Shown piece after piece: positions 28,873 through 39,925 of a DNA stretch of 64,000 bases. Under the pieces are notes generated by a model, which searched no databases, was not told the DNA's origin, and saw nothing but the letters and a program-made list of their open reading frames with translations. Each line of letters begins with the position of its first letter. Within the stretch, counting starts at the first letter, position 1. Location: positions 6,783-70,782 of the IMG/VR virus record IMGVR_UViG_3300032242_002123; one strand, given 5' to 3'. The translations under genes were made by a program, and so were the position numbers. This stretch comes from a virus.

Positions 28873-29571
28873 ATGCCACAAGGAAGTCCTTACGAGTATT
28901 ATTTAGAGCTTTTAGGTAAATGGCCTACGTCTATTGCGTTGGCTAGTCAATGGCTTGTACATATCAATTTTGATAATGTAAGCGGTTTAATGTCTAATCT
29001 ACAAGGTTCTATTAAGAATAGAGAACTTTCGCAATGGCAACTTAATAATGGTGTAACTCAAAAATTAATAGATGGTTCTTTACAACATTCAGATGGAAAT
29101 TTAACTGGTTGTATATTTGCACGACAAGTAAGTTTACCGGGTGATGCAATAGATGCATCTAATCAAGGTTTAGATTATGGTGGATTTATGGCACCTGCTA
29201 CTGCTAATAATAGATCTAAATATGAACCTTTTTCAATAACATTGGTTGAAACTAATGCTTCTTTTTTAGATTTTGTAATAAGACCTTGGCTTATAATGGT
29301 AGGATATAATGGTTTAGTTGCTAGAAACCCCAAAACACCAAAATATGTTAAAGCTTCTTATATAAATGTAGTAATGTACTCTAAAATAGGACATGGAAAC
29401 GGTATGGGTATAAGAAAAATATATTCATTTCAAAATGCAGCACCCATATCTATTGGTGGTGAAACTTATTCTTATACCGAAGAAGGTTTAAGATATAGTG
29501 ATGTTAAATTTATATACGATAGATATTCTATTTTAGATGGTGATAGTGGAACTTATATAAACTTACCATAA
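28873..29571 (+). CDS. tail tube-fold baseplate protein (gp54/gp19-like)
   Basis: ARQVSLPG, F.NAAPISIG, V.FIYDRY, and gene context. Confidence 0.6.
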   Translation: MPQGSPYEYYLELLGKWPTSIALASQWLVHINFDNVSGLMSNLQGSIKNRELSQWQLNNGVTQKLIDGSLQHSDGNLTGCIFARQVSLPGDAIDASNQGLDYGGFMAPATANNRSKYEPFSITLVETNASFLDFVIRPWLIMVGYNGLVARNPKTPKYVKASYINVVMYSKIGHGNGMGIRKIYSFQNAAPISIGGETYSYTEEGLRYSDVKFIYDRYSILDGDSGTYINLP

Positions 29572-29579
29572 GTTAATAC

Positions 29580-30557
29580 ATGGAATATTACAATTATAGT
29601 GTGGATTTACCCTACACTAAAACCAAAATATATTACAGGGAGATAAATACCCAAGAGCAATTATTATTGGCAAAGGCTAATATCAGTATACCCAATAATA
29701 AAGAATCTCTATATGATTATAGTCAATTTGCGTTTGAAGTGATTTTAAATTGCGTAAAAAATAAAGAAGATTTTTATAAAATAAACATAGTTGAATATGT
29801 TTTATTTTTAGTAAAACTCAGAATAATAAGCATTGGTGCTACAATGGATTTTTTATTAAAAACAGGAGAAGATACTAAAACTAAAACTAAAATACAAATT
29901 GATCTTAGAAAATATCTAGTTAATCTTTACAACGCTTCAAATTATTTTGAAACTGATTCAGTGATTATTGAAAATAATTTAGAAATAAAATTAAATTGGC
30001 CTGATATAAAATCCATATTAACTTTTAATGATATTTGTTTGAGTAATCAAACCCAATATGAAATGTTAAATGATTCTTTATGTGAATATATTGAATATGT
30101 AAAAATAGACGGTAAACATAAACTTATTTTTAATGCAATGAATCAAAAAGAGAAGGTTAAACTTTTTGAAAAGATACCTTTAAAATTAAAAGATAAATTA
30201 CAACAAAAAATAATAGAAGCTTCCAAGATATTATCGGAATATAATTTGTTTCAAGTTTCATTTTTTGACGATTATAGATTTAATTTTTATAATTTAAGTT
30301 TTATAGAACATATAAAAATGTTTTTTTCGTATGATTTAAAATCACTATATCAAGAAATCTATTTTCTTTCTAATTATAAACTATCACCATCTTATATATT
30401 GAGTATTTCTCAATCTGAGAGAAAAATATACATGTCAATTATAGAAGATCAAAATAAAAAAGATCAAAAATCTTCAAGTAATTCGGGTGATGGTGAAAGT
30501 TATAGTGATGCTGTAAAAAAATTAGCACTTGAATTTGGGGATGAAATGCCTAAATAA
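29580..30557 (+). CDS. baseplate hub assembly protein (gp26/gp51-like)
   Basis: Y.VDLP...IYYRE, LVKLRIISIG, C-terminal ERKIY. Confidence 0.6.
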   Translation: MEYYNYSVDLPYTKTKIYYREINTQEQLLLAKANISIPNNKESLYDYSQFAFEVILNCVKNKEDFYKINIVEYVLFLVKLRIISIGATMDFLLKTGEDTKTKTKIQIDLRKYLVNLYNASNYFETDSVIIENNLEIKLNWPDIKSILTFNDICLSNQTQYEMLNDSLCEYIEYVKIDGKHKLIFNAMNQKEKVKLFEKIPLKLKDKLQQKIIEASKILSEYNLFQVSFFDDYRFNFYNLSFIEHIKMFFSYDLKSLYQEIYFLSNYKLSPSYILSISQSERKIYMSIIEDQNKKDQKSSSNSGDGESYSDAVKKLALEFGDEMPK

Positions 30558-30563
30558 TATATT

Positions 30564-31382
30564 ATGGAAGAAAATACAACTGAAAATGTAATTTTAGACT
30601 TTAATAGTGCTTTAACTGCACTCGAAAAGGTATCAGAATCGTTCAAAGTAGAAGTTTGGATACCCTCAATTGCTTCATATTTGACCTTTAAAGAGCTAGA
30701 TGCCAAGCAACAGAAGTCTTTACTTAACGCAGCAATGGATACCTCAGTGTATAATACAGGCTTTATAAAGGCATTCTATAACATTTTAAACGAAAACCTT
30801 CTGTCTGATGGGGTTTTAATAGATTCGCTTACTTTAACTGATAAAACATGTATTGCTTTGACTCTTAAAAATCAAATTTCCAATCAAATTAATGTAGTTT
30901 TTGATGAAGCCAAAGATATTTCAAAAAAGTATGATTTAAATGAGATTTTGGGAAAATTTAAAGGTTATAAAACACCTGAATCTACCATTTTAGAATCAAA
31001 AAGTAACGATTTCACTCTTAAAGTTGAAGTATTATTACCAACAATTAAGGTTGAAGTTGATTATGATAGTCAAATAAAAGACAATAAGAAGACAGAAGAC
31101 TTAAAAAATAACGAAGATATTAAAAAATTAGTCACTGATGCGTTTTTAGGTGAAACTTCTAAGTTTATAAACAAAGTTTGGATCAATAATGAAGAAGTAA
31201 TTCTTAGTTCTTTGAAATTTGAACAGAGAATTAAACTCATTGAGAAGCTCCCAAGTAACTTAATACAGAAAATTATTGAAACTATTTCACTTTGGAAGAA
31301 AGAATTGGATGAAATCCTCACCGTTAAACATGAGGAGTATGTTAAAACCATTAGTATTGATAGCTTATTGTTTTTAAACTAA
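30564..31382 (+). CDS. baseplate hub protein (gp26-like paralog)
   Basis: VWIPS...FKEL...QQKSLL, IEKLP, and gene context. Confidence 0.55.
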   Translation: MEENTTENVILDFNSALTALEKVSESFKVEVWIPSIASYLTFKELDAKQQKSLLNAAMDTSVYNTGFIKAFYNILNENLLSDGVLIDSLTLTDKTCIALTLKNQISNQINVVFDEAKDISKKYDLNEILGKFKGYKTPESTILESKSNDFTLKVEVLLPTIKVEVDYDSQIKDNKKTEDLKNNEDIKKLVTDAFLGETSKFINKVWINNEEVILSSLKFEQRIKLIEKLPSNLIQKIIETISLWKKELDEILTVKHEEYVKTISIDSLLFLN

Positions 31383-31409
31383 ACCTAACATATTATAATA
31401 AGTAGTATT

Positions 31410-33851
31410 GTGGATAATACTGCTAATTTTAATACATTAATGTCAACGGAATCTAGCGTTGATACGCTTCATATTCTACTAAAAAAAGCAAAAGAATTAG
31501 CAGCTAATGATTTAGAGTATTTAAGATTACAAAAAAAAGCAACAGACGATAAAATTGCTCAGATAAAGGGACAATCAGAAGAAGAAATAAAAGCCAATAA
31601 TCGTGCTGAATTACTTCGTAAAGCACAAGAGCTTAGACAACAAGAATGGGAAGATCGTCAAATATCTGATTATCAAGAATCATTAAGAAGAGATGAAGAT
31701 GTTAGAAAAAGACAAGAGAAACTTCAACAACTTGAAGATGAAAGAATGGAAAGAGAAACTACAGCGGCTGAAGAAGCAAAAAAATCTTCTCTTCTTACTG
31801 CTGTTCCTGATAATATAAAAAATGCAAAACCTCAAGAAGAAAAAGTAGATGATAAAAAGAAAGATGGTTTATTTTCAAGATTAAACGAAGGATATAAACA
31901 ATTTACAGACACATTTAAAAATGCTAAAAAACAACAAGAAGATGGAGAACAAAAAAATCTTGGAGAAAAAACAAATAGAGTTTCTTTTAACCCTGAAGGC
32001 ATAAAGATATTAAAGACATTATTAATACCTTTATATACTGGTTTAAATGTTGGAGCACTTGATGGTAAATTAAAAGAATTAATAGAAAGACAAAAGGAAA
32101 TAATAGTAAACACAAAACCAAAAAATGGATTACTTGACATGTTAGGTAAACTTCTTTTAGTGGGTGGGGTTGCTGCTACTTTAGTAGGATTATTTTGGCC
32201 TAAAATAAAAGATTGGCTTGAAAAGAAAATGGGAGTTAATCTTGATTTCTTAGAAAAATTTAGAGGTATTGTTGAAGGTATTGGAAAATTCTTCACAATG
32301 GGTGGACTAAAAATTACATTTGGTGGTGCTTTCAAAGTAATAGGAGGAGTTATTAAAAGTTTTGGTGAACTAATTGAAACTGGATTAACTGTTGCTTTTA
32401 AATCAATATTCTCTGGTGGTGCAGCTGTTGGAGAGGCTGCTGGTGGTATAGCAAAAGCTGGAACTGGATTTAAAGGTTTATTACCAAAAATAGCTGCTGG
32501 TTTATTTAAAGGTCTAGGTGCTACTGTATTAAAAGGTATACCTGTAATTGGTGGACTTATAAGTTTAGGTTTTGCTATTAGTAGATTTAAATCAGGTGAT
32601 TGGGTTGGAGGAGTTATTGATTTGGTTGGCGGTATAGCAAATTTCTTGGAACTTATACCCGGATTGGGATTAATACCAATGGCAATATCACTTGGTGCGA
32701 CTGCTCTTAATACGTTTTTAGATTTTAAAGCTGGTGGGGAGAAAAATAGTCAAAGTAAAAAACTAGGTGCAATTGGTGGGTTATTTTTAGGTTTTTGGAA
32801 TTTATTAAAAAAAATTCCAGTTATTGGAACCGTATTAACATTTGCTGAAGGTACAGGTCAATTTTTTACAAGTTTAATTACTGGTAATATGAGTGGTGTA
32901 AAAGATGGTTTATCTAAAATGGCAGAAATGCCATTTGTTGGTTTAACTGTATGGCCCTTATTAGCATTACTTGATAGTGCTAAAACTGATTCACAAGGTA
33001 AGATTAATGGATTTGATTTAAGTAGTTTTTGGAAAAATTTTAAAATGAGAGTTGGTAAGACTATATTAAGTTGGTTTAGTTGGTTACCAAAATCTTGGCA
33101 GAAAGGTATAGCTGATTTAATGGGAGTTCCGTTTGAAGGTGGTAATGAAAAAGAGGGTGATGAGGGCGCAGGTACATCACAAGCTGAGAAAAAACTTGCT
33201 TCTGATAAAGCGAAACTTGCTGATTTTAATTTGGCTCATGGTGAAAAGGGTGGAGATGCCAAAGAACGTGCAGAATTAGAAAATGCTGTAAAGCAAGGTC
33301 AGGGACAAGTTGATGGTGCAAAAACATCAGGTCAACTTGAAGATGAAAAATATAAAAAATTAAAAGTAGAATACGAAAGTCAAAAAACAGAATTTGAAAA
33401 ATACGATAAGGAGTCGGGTAATAATGCACCTGAAGAGCGTATGGATAAACAAGAAGCAATGTTAAAATCTAAGAAAGCATTGATAGATTATGAAAAAAAT
33501 AAGAAATCAACTTTAACAGCTATACCACAAAACGCTCCTAATAATAATCAATCTTATCAACCTGCTCCGGTTGAACCACAAGTTTCAACAACACCAGAAA
33601 ATGGTATTACTAAAATGAATAGTGCTTTAAATGATAATTTAATGAAAACATTTTCTATGTTATCGGATAGATTAGCAACAAGTGTTGGTGATACATCTCA
33701 AGGTCCAACTATAATAAACAATACTACGCAATCTGCGCCTTCACATGATAATACAAAAGAATATTTGTTTAAACCAGTTAGAGATGTGAATTACGATAAG
33801 AGAATGTCTTGGTGGGGTAATTCAATGAATTATAGGGCTACTTTACCTTAA
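31410..33851 (+). CDS. probable tape measure protein
   Basis: Coiled-coil ends flank Gly-rich hydrophobic segments (LKGIPVIGGLISLGFAISRF, LKKIPVIG). Position in the tail module. Confidence 0.7.
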   Translation: MDNTANFNTLMSTESSVDTLHILLKKAKELAANDLEYLRLQKKATDDKIAQIKGQSEEEIKANNRAELLRKAQELRQQEWEDRQISDYQESLRRDEDVRKRQEKLQQLEDERMERETTAAEEAKKSSLLTAVPDNIKNAKPQEEKVDDKKKDGLFSRLNEGYKQFTDTFKNAKKQQEDGEQKNLGEKTNRVSFNPEGIKILKTLLIPLYTGLNVGALDGKLKELIERQKEIIVNTKPKNGLLDMLGKLLLVGGVAATLVGLFWPKIKDWLEKKMGVNLDFLEKFRGIVEGIGKFFTMGGLKITFGGAFKVIGGVIKSFGELIETGLTVAFKSIFSGGAAVGEAAGGIAKAGTGFKGLLPKIAAGLFKGLGATVLKGIPVIGGLISLGFAISRFKSGDWVGGVIDLVGGIANFLELIPGLGLIPMAISLGATALNTFLDFKAGGEKNSQSKKLGAIGGLFLGFWNLLKKIPVIGTVLTFAEGTGQFFTSLITGNMSGVKDGLSKMAEMPFVGLTVWPLLALLDSAKTDSQGKINGFDLSSFWKNFKMRVGKTILSWFSWLPKSWQKGIADLMGVPFEGGNEKEGDEGAGTSQAEKKLASDKAKLADFNLAHGEKGGDAKERAELENAVKQGQGQVDGAKTSGQLEDEKYKKLKVEYESQKTEFEKYDKESGNNAPEERMDKQEAMLKSKKALIDYEKNKKSTLTAIPQNAPNNNQSYQPAPVEPQVSTTPENGITKMNSALNDNLMKTFSMLSDRLATSVGDTSQGPTIINNTTQSAPSHDNTKEYLFKPVRDVNYDKRMSWWGNSMNYRATLP

Positions 33852-33869
33852 CGTAATAAATATTATATA

Positions 33870-34985
33870 ATGAGTGTGATAACAGATTTATGGAATGAAT
33901 CAAGTTCATGGGCTATTAATAGCAGCATGAAGAATGAATATTTTTCTGCTGAACCTAGACAATCATCATTTTTAGGTATAAAAAGTACAGCTTATAGTAC
34001 ATTAAAATCAGTAAACGGTACAGTTGATGTCTGGAAAGACATGTATTGGTCAAATTCTGGTAGTAAGGATGAAGTTCCATCTATACATGCAATAGAACAC
34101 GAATTAAGATATGGAACTACTGCAACTCAATTTGCTAATCTTTTAAGTGAATTAGGTAAAGGATTATTTAATTCTAATCATACTGTTGATAGTTTTGTTA
34201 ATTTGTATGCGGCAAAACCAACAGGATTTACATATAATTTTCCTTGGTTATTAAATAGTGGATCTAATTTAAAAACTATAACAAATTCATGGGCTAAAAC
34301 GGAAGGCTTGGGTGATATGTTATCATCAATGGGTGGTACTGGAGGTTCTGGTGGTAAAGCTGGTCTTGGTGATTTATTGGGAACTGCTGTTGGTGTTGTA
34401 ATTGGTGCAGTAACTCCGGGGTTTGGATTTGAAGATACAAAAGCTTATGGTGGTACAAATGAACAACAGATAACTATAACATTTCCGTTATATAATACTT
34501 TAGATGCACAATCTGCATATAGACATTTTACATTTATAAATCTTTTTACATTTCAAAATTTAAAAACAAGAACATCTTTAATGTCCTTTATACCACCAAA
34601 AATATACACAGTAGATTCTGGTGCTTTGGGTGGTGTATATATGGCAGCTGCTGTTGTTAGTGATTTTAAAGTAGATAGTATTGGTACAACAAGAGCAATG
34701 AGTGATTGGGGTGGTTATGGTTCAACCAGTATATTAATACCTGAAGCTTATAAAGTTAGTATAACTTTTACAGATCTTCTTTCACAAAGTTCAAATGTAT
34801 TTGCTGGTACTATGGGTGGAACTAAAGTGAAAATTACTAATGGATTAGGGGTACAAGATGCCATTAAAGAATTAGCATCAACCGATCCTAATACACAACC
34901 TCAAGTAAATGCCGTTCAACCTCAAACTGCACCAAATATACAATTAAATTCACCAATTCTTAATACAGGTTCAACGTTTAAATGA
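33870..34985 (+). CDS. baseplate/tail tube cap-like structural protein
   Basis: ITFPLYNT, PPKIYTV, IPEAYKVSITF. Lies between the tape measure gene and gp53. Confidence 0.5.
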   Translation: MSVITDLWNESSSWAINSSMKNEYFSAEPRQSSFLGIKSTAYSTLKSVNGTVDVWKDMYWSNSGSKDEVPSIHAIEHELRYGTTATQFANLLSELGKGLFNSNHTVDSFVNLYAAKPTGFTYNFPWLLNSGSNLKTITNSWAKTEGLGDMLSSMGGTGGSGGKAGLGDLLGTAVGVVIGAVTPGFGFEDTKAYGGTNEQQITITFPLYNTLDAQSAYRHFTFINLFTFQNLKTRTSLMSFIPPKIYTVDSGALGGVYMAAAVVSDFKVDSIGTTRAMSDWGGYGSTSILIPEAYKVSITFTDLLSQSSNVFAGTMGGTKVKITNGLGVQDAIKELASTDPNTQPQVNAVQPQTAPNIQLNSPILNTGSTFK

Positions 34986-34995
34986 TAATTAAAAT

Positions 34996-35352
34996 ATGAA
35001 ACAAGTTGATTTTCCAGATTTACCTCAGTTATCTCTCTATAGATATGAGAATTTTTTAAATATCTATACGGATAATGACGGTACACGTTTTTATAATTTA
35101 TTAAGATCGATTAATATATTCCCTGCAACTGATAGTTCAGTTGAAATCAATTATGATGTTAATTTAAATGATACTTGGTTATATATTTCTTACAAATATT
35201 ACGGAACAATATATTTATGGTGGTTAGTTTGTGAATATAATAGAGTAAAAGACCCAACAAAACAACCCGAAGCAGGAACAACTATAAAATTACTTAAAAA
35301 AGATTATGCATGGGCTGTTATTTCTAATTTAAATTCACAAATTAGTAATTAA
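34996..35352 (+). CDS. baseplate wedge protein (gp53-like, LysM fold)
   Basis: DTWLYISYKYYGTIYLWWLVCEYN...DP. Confidence 0.8.
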   Translation: MKQVDFPDLPQLSLYRYENFLNIYTDNDGTRFYNLLRSINIFPATDSSVEINYDVNLNDTWLYISYKYYGTIYLWWLVCEYNRVKDPTKQPEAGTTIKLLKKDYAWAVISNLNSQISN

Positions 35353-35740
35353 AAAAATCATTTAAATCAAAATAAAATCTAACATAAGCTATTTTTTTAG
35401 TATTTTTAGTTTTTTTACCTATTGAATAAGAATATATTATATTTTTTATTTTAAACATGTTTTGTTTTTGCATTATTTCATCAAATATATGTAATTCCAT
35501 TTCAACTTCTGAATGATTAACATAGTAATCAATTATATCTTGTTCTGTAATTGATTCTAATATATCGTTTGTTTTTAATTCATTTAATTTATTTTTAAAT
35601 TTCAACCACAATCCTTTTTTATCAAATAAACTTAATCTATAAATAGGCCATTTACTAATATAATTTAAAATTAAATCTTTTTTACCTAATATTATATTTG
35701 TTTCTTCTTCTTTGGGGGTCGATTTATTCATATTTCCCAT
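35342..35740 (-). CDS. hypothetical protein
   Basis: 132 aa, very AT-rich, opposite strand within the structural module. Confidence 0.5.
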   Translation of the reverse strand: MGNMNKSTPKEEETNIILGKKDLILNYISKWPIYRLSLFDKKGLWLKFKNKLNELKTNDILESITEQDIIDYYVNHSEVEMELHIFDEIMQKQNMFKIKNIIYSYSIGKKTKNTKKIAYVRFYFDLNDFFNY

Positions 35741-35757
35741 AAGTATTTATTAGTCAA

Positions 35758-37641
35758 ATGCCAAGAAAGAAAAAAACAGAGGAAATATCACCTTTAGATA
35801 ATCTTAATACAGAAGATATTTTAATTGATGGTAATTTTTATAAAGGTAATGAAAATCTTTTAAGAGGTAAAGCTCAAATTAAATGGACACCAGAGATGAT
35901 CGAAGAGATCAAACTCTGTGCAAAAAAAGTTTTACATTTTGCTGAAGAATATTTTTATATTATTACCGAAGAAGGTAAAGAAAAAATTACTTTATACAAA
36001 TATCAGAAACAACTTTTAAAAGCTTTTAATAGTAATAGATTTAATGTGGTGCTTTCCAGCCGTCAGAGTGGAAAAACAACTACAATCACCATTTATGCTC
36101 TTTGGATGGTGTGTTTCCAAGAAGATAAGAGAGTAACAATTGTTGCAAATAAAGAAAGTACGGCAAAAGAAATTTATGCTCGTATTAAAATGTCATTTGA
36201 AGAACTTCCAATTTGGATGAAACCATCTGTAAAGTCCTTTAGAAATGATGGATTTGATCTAGAAAATGGTTCAAGAATAACCGTTGCATCAACATCAACA
36301 TCTTCTGCTCGTGGAACGACAAGTAATCTCCTCATTATTGACGAAATGGCACATTGTCAAAATGAACTCATGAAAGAATTGTGGAAATCTGCTATTCCTA
36401 TTATTTCTTCCATGAAAAAATCACAACTTGTGGTTATCAGTACACCTAATGGTGTTGATAATAAATTTTATGAACTGGTAGAACAAGCTAAAAAACCTAA
36501 TAGTGATTGGCATTTGGAAACAGTTAACTGGTGGGACGTTCCCGGTAGAGACGAACAATGGAAAAAAGAAGCAATGGATGCTATTGGTTCAAAAGAAGAC
36601 TTTGATCAAGAGTATGGAAATGTATTCCATGAAAAAGGAAAGACTGCTATTGATCCTGAATTACTTGAACAATTAAAAGCACAATGTAGAGAACCTATAC
36701 TTGTCATGGATAATGGTTCTTATAAAGTTTTCAATGAACCAAATCCAGAAAGTTTCTATGCAATTGGTGTTGATGTTGGAGAAGGTATAGGAAGATCAAA
36801 TACAGTTGCACAAATATTAGATTTTTCCGATTTAACAAGGATAAAACAAGTTGCAATTTATTCTACAAATCAAATGAGTCCTTTCCATTTTGGAACAAGA
36901 CTTATGGGTATTCTGGATGATTGGGGTAGACCTCCTATTTTAGTTGAAAATAATAACAATGGACAACAGGTATTGGATGTTTTATGTCATACTCATAACT
37001 ATGAATCAGTAGTTTCTTACCAATTTGATGGTATGAGTAAACATTATAATAAAGAAGCAAGATTTGGTATTCATAATCATACTAATACTCGTTATAGAGG
37101 TGTTACAAATTTTAGATATTGGGCTAATAGTTTAAAAGCTTTAGAACTATATGATATGGATACGCTATTAGAACTTAGTAATTTTGTTAGACATCCTAAT
37201 TTTACATTTAGTAAACGAAAAGATGAAGATTTAGACGATAGAGTTTTATCTTTAATATGGGGTTTATTCATTTTAGATCCAGCAATTGCTTTAAAATATT
37301 ACAATATTATTGAAACTGATGATCAAGGTAGACCTTTAAAAATACAACCTCTTATTGATAATTCAGATTTAATAAAGAAAAGCCCACTTTGTTACGGTCA
37401 AATATCTAGTTTTAAGAAAAATAACAATTTAATAAATACTGGTGTTAGTTTTGTAGGTAAATTTGATATGAAAGCTCCTATAACTATGGAACAAGAAGCA
37501 ATAGAACTTCAAAGTTGGCTTTCTAATTGGGGTAATGTTGGTCCTCAACCACCATCAGTTGATTCAATTGATAGAGATAAAATGGACGGTAAAGATAAAT
37601 TATATAATGGGGAAGAATGGAGACCCGCAATAATAATATGA
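35758..37641 (+). CDS. terL: terminase large subunit (gp17-like)
   Basis: YKGNENL, LYKYQ, SRQSGKTT, VANK, LIIDE, ISTPNG, VPGRDE.W, FDQEY, GVDVGEG, DDRVLSL. Confidence 0.96.
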   Translation: MPRKKKTEEISPLDNLNTEDILIDGNFYKGNENLLRGKAQIKWTPEMIEEIKLCAKKVLHFAEEYFYIITEEGKEKITLYKYQKQLLKAFNSNRFNVVLSSRQSGKTTTITIYALWMVCFQEDKRVTIVANKESTAKEIYARIKMSFEELPIWMKPSVKSFRNDGFDLENGSRITVASTSTSSARGTTSNLLIIDEMAHCQNELMKELWKSAIPIISSMKKSQLVVISTPNGVDNKFYELVEQAKKPNSDWHLETVNWWDVPGRDEQWKKEAMDAIGSKEDFDQEYGNVFHEKGKTAIDPELLEQLKAQCREPILVMDNGSYKVFNEPNPESFYAIGVDVGEGIGRSNTVAQILDFSDLTRIKQVAIYSTNQMSPFHFGTRLMGILDDWGRPPILVENNNNGQQVLDVLCHTHNYESVVSYQFDGMSKHYNKEARFGIHNHTNTRYRGVTNFRYWANSLKALELYDMDTLLELSNFVRHPNFTFSKRKDEDLDDRVLSLIWGLFILDPAIALKYYNIIETDDQGRPLKIQPLIDNSDLIKKSPLCYGQISSFKKNNNLINTGVSFVGKFDMKAPITMEQEAIELQSWLSNWGNVGPQPPSVDSIDRDKMDGKDKLYNGEEWRPAIII

Positions 37642-38228
37642 TACAAACACCACTTAACAGATCTAGGAGCGATAAATTTCAATTAATTTTGGATTTACCG
37701 CTTGCTTTAAAAAAGCTTTATAATTCAGCTGTAGGCGACAATTATAAAGTTGATCCTATTCAATTTTCCATATATGGTTCTCCTGTCCCCTCTATCAATG
37801 TACCCGCTATTGATGTTTCTTTTGGTGGGCAAATTTATAAAACATCTTCTTTTTCAAGACCTGCATATGACCCATTACAGATAAAATTTCTTGTAGATAG
37901 TGGTTATAAAAATTATTGGACACTTTGGAACTGGCTTAATCTTTTAAATAATTATAAAAAATCAACTTCTGATGCAGTAACAACAATTGAAAATTCAAAA
38001 ATATTATCTCATCCAATGCATGAATATACTTCTAATTTTACAATTTATGGTTTGGATGAATTTAACAAACAAATAATATCTTTTAAATATACACATGTAC
38101 TTCCTACTTCATTAAGTGAAATATCATATTCTAATCAAGAAGCAAATGAAATCAATTCAACAATAACATTTGTATTTAATCAATTAGAAGTTGAACTTAT
38201 AAAAGATGTTGATCAAGTAAACTGTTAA
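37638..38228 (+). CDS. tail completion/tube terminator protein (gp3-like)
   Basis: LN....KFQL, PSINVP, YDPLQIKFLVDSGYKNYW.LWNWL, PTSLSEI. Confidence 0.72.
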   Translation: MIQTPLNRSRSDKFQLILDLPLALKKLYNSAVGDNYKVDPIQFSIYGSPVPSINVPAIDVSFGGQIYKTSSFSRPAYDPLQIKFLVDSGYKNYWTLWNWLNLLNNYKKSTSDAVTTIENSKILSHPMHEYTSNFTIYGLDEFNKQIISFKYTHVLPTSLSEISYSNQEANEINSTITFVFNQLEVELIKDVDQVNC

Positions 38229-38229
38229 T

Positions 38230-39924
38230 ATGGGATTATCTAATTTATCATATGCTGGTGGTTCATATGGAGCAAATCCAGAAAATTTACCTACTACATC
38301 ACAGAATAGTTTGGGAAATATGTCTAAACAGAAAGGAACTCTACATCAAATTAGAGATCAATTTTATTACATTGAAATTGCAATGTATAATCAAATTGAA
38401 GGACAAAAACCATTATATGTTCCTTTCTTTTTTGTAGATTCTATTTCTATCCATGAATCAATATATAATTTTATAACAAAAGGTGAAATTGTATTGAATA
38501 CTGATTTTGAAATATTTACTAGAGGTTCTCAGGGTAAAGATGAAGTAAAAGCTCCTTATATAGATAGAACAGATGGTAGAAATAGAATTCATATTATAAT
38601 TCGTCCTGTTGAGGTAACTTCAGAAAATGATAATATTACTTTAGTAGATAATGATAAAAAATTTCCTAAAAAATATTGGGAACTTGATATGGATTTTGTT
38701 GTAATAGATATACAAGATTTACCTATTCAAAATGCGCAAAGAAAACAAAGACGATATATTTTTGTAGAAGAAAGATATCAATTATTAAAAGAAAAAAATT
38801 TAGAATGGTCTTCTATTACAATTGCAGCAAAACAATTAAAAAAGAAAAATGTAGAAATAAAAGATTCAGAAGGTGCTTTAAATCCAAATGATATATTAAA
38901 AGAATTTTTAACAATTGTATCAACTAATAATAATACAATGCCAAAAATAAAAGTAGGTTTTGATAATAAAGGAACTATAGATAATCCAAATATTGATTTT
39001 GATAAAATTGATAATGCTAATTGGGATGCTGGTAAACCGGATAATAAAGCTCTTATTATACCAACTGCAAATTCAACAGCATTAGATGACTTATTTATGA
39101 TTTTATCTCATTGTACATCATCAGATGGATTTCCCGTAATACTTGATTATGGTAGAAATAGTGAAGAAAAAGGTTGGCAGTTAATTTCACTTTCAAAGTT
39201 TTTTGAAAAAGCATCAGAACAACAAGTTGAAAGATTGATAGTGGAAGATGGTTTAATGCCAAATACTGATAATGATGAACCTCCACCGTATGTAGCAAGA
39301 GCAGATGATCAACCCGGTACACAAACTAAAAATTTCACATCATTAGTGGCATCAAAAATACAAAAATATAGCTTTTCACCTATGGTAGCATTGGATGATG
39401 CCAGAATATTAAATTCACCAACTGTATTTTTTGATGAACATACTGGTTCTTTTAATATTATCAAAAAAGATAACACTGCACAAAATGTAATAAGCAAATT
39501 AAAGGAATTAGCTACTAAAGGGTTATATACATTTAAAAATAAATCAGCAACAAAACCTCAAATTGTTATTAATTTAAATCAGACGAAAAAAACTGGTCAA
39601 ATGACAAAATATGAACATGCCATAAATGGTCCTTATGGTTTAAAAACAGCACCTTTAAATCAAATGATTCTAGATGCTATATTTTTAAATCAATCTTTGG
39701 CGTTTCAGTGTCCCGGTTTAACAATAAGAACTCCCGGTAAATTTGTATTTGTTGATAGACTTGGTTCAAGTGAAACAAATCCTTTTGATGATAGATTTTT
39801 AGGTCAATGGTTTGTAACAAGCGTTTCTCATTTGTTTACACAATCAACATATGTGACTGAACTTGTAGGTAATAAGATTGATAGCTTTTCAACTTTATGG
39901 CCTGAAGAAGATAGTAAATATTAA
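38230..39924 (+). CDS. baseplate hub protein (gp27-like)
   Basis: SISIHESIY, C-terminal PG.TIRTPG.FV...FLGQWFVTSVSHLF. Confidence 0.6.
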   Translation: MGLSNLSYAGGSYGANPENLPTTSQNSLGNMSKQKGTLHQIRDQFYYIEIAMYNQIEGQKPLYVPFFFVDSISIHESIYNFITKGEIVLNTDFEIFTRGSQGKDEVKAPYIDRTDGRNRIHIIIRPVEVTSENDNITLVDNDKKFPKKYWELDMDFVVIDIQDLPIQNAQRKQRRYIFVEERYQLLKEKNLEWSSITIAAKQLKKKNVEIKDSEGALNPNDILKEFLTIVSTNNNTMPKIKVGFDNKGTIDNPNIDFDKIDNANWDAGKPDNKALIIPTANSTALDDLFMILSHCTSSDGFPVILDYGRNSEEKGWQLISLSKFFEKASEQQVERLIVEDGLMPNTDNDEPPPYVARADDQPGTQTKNFTSLVASKIQKYSFSPMVALDDARILNSPTVFFDEHTGSFNIIKKDNTAQNVISKLKELATKGLYTFKNKSATKPQIVINLNQTKKTGQMTKYEHAINGPYGLKTAPLNQMILDAIFLNQSLAFQCPGLTIRTPGKFVFVDRLGSSETNPFDDRFLGQWFVTSVSHLFTQSTYVTELVGNKIDSFSTLWPEEDSKY

Positions 39925-39925
39925 T

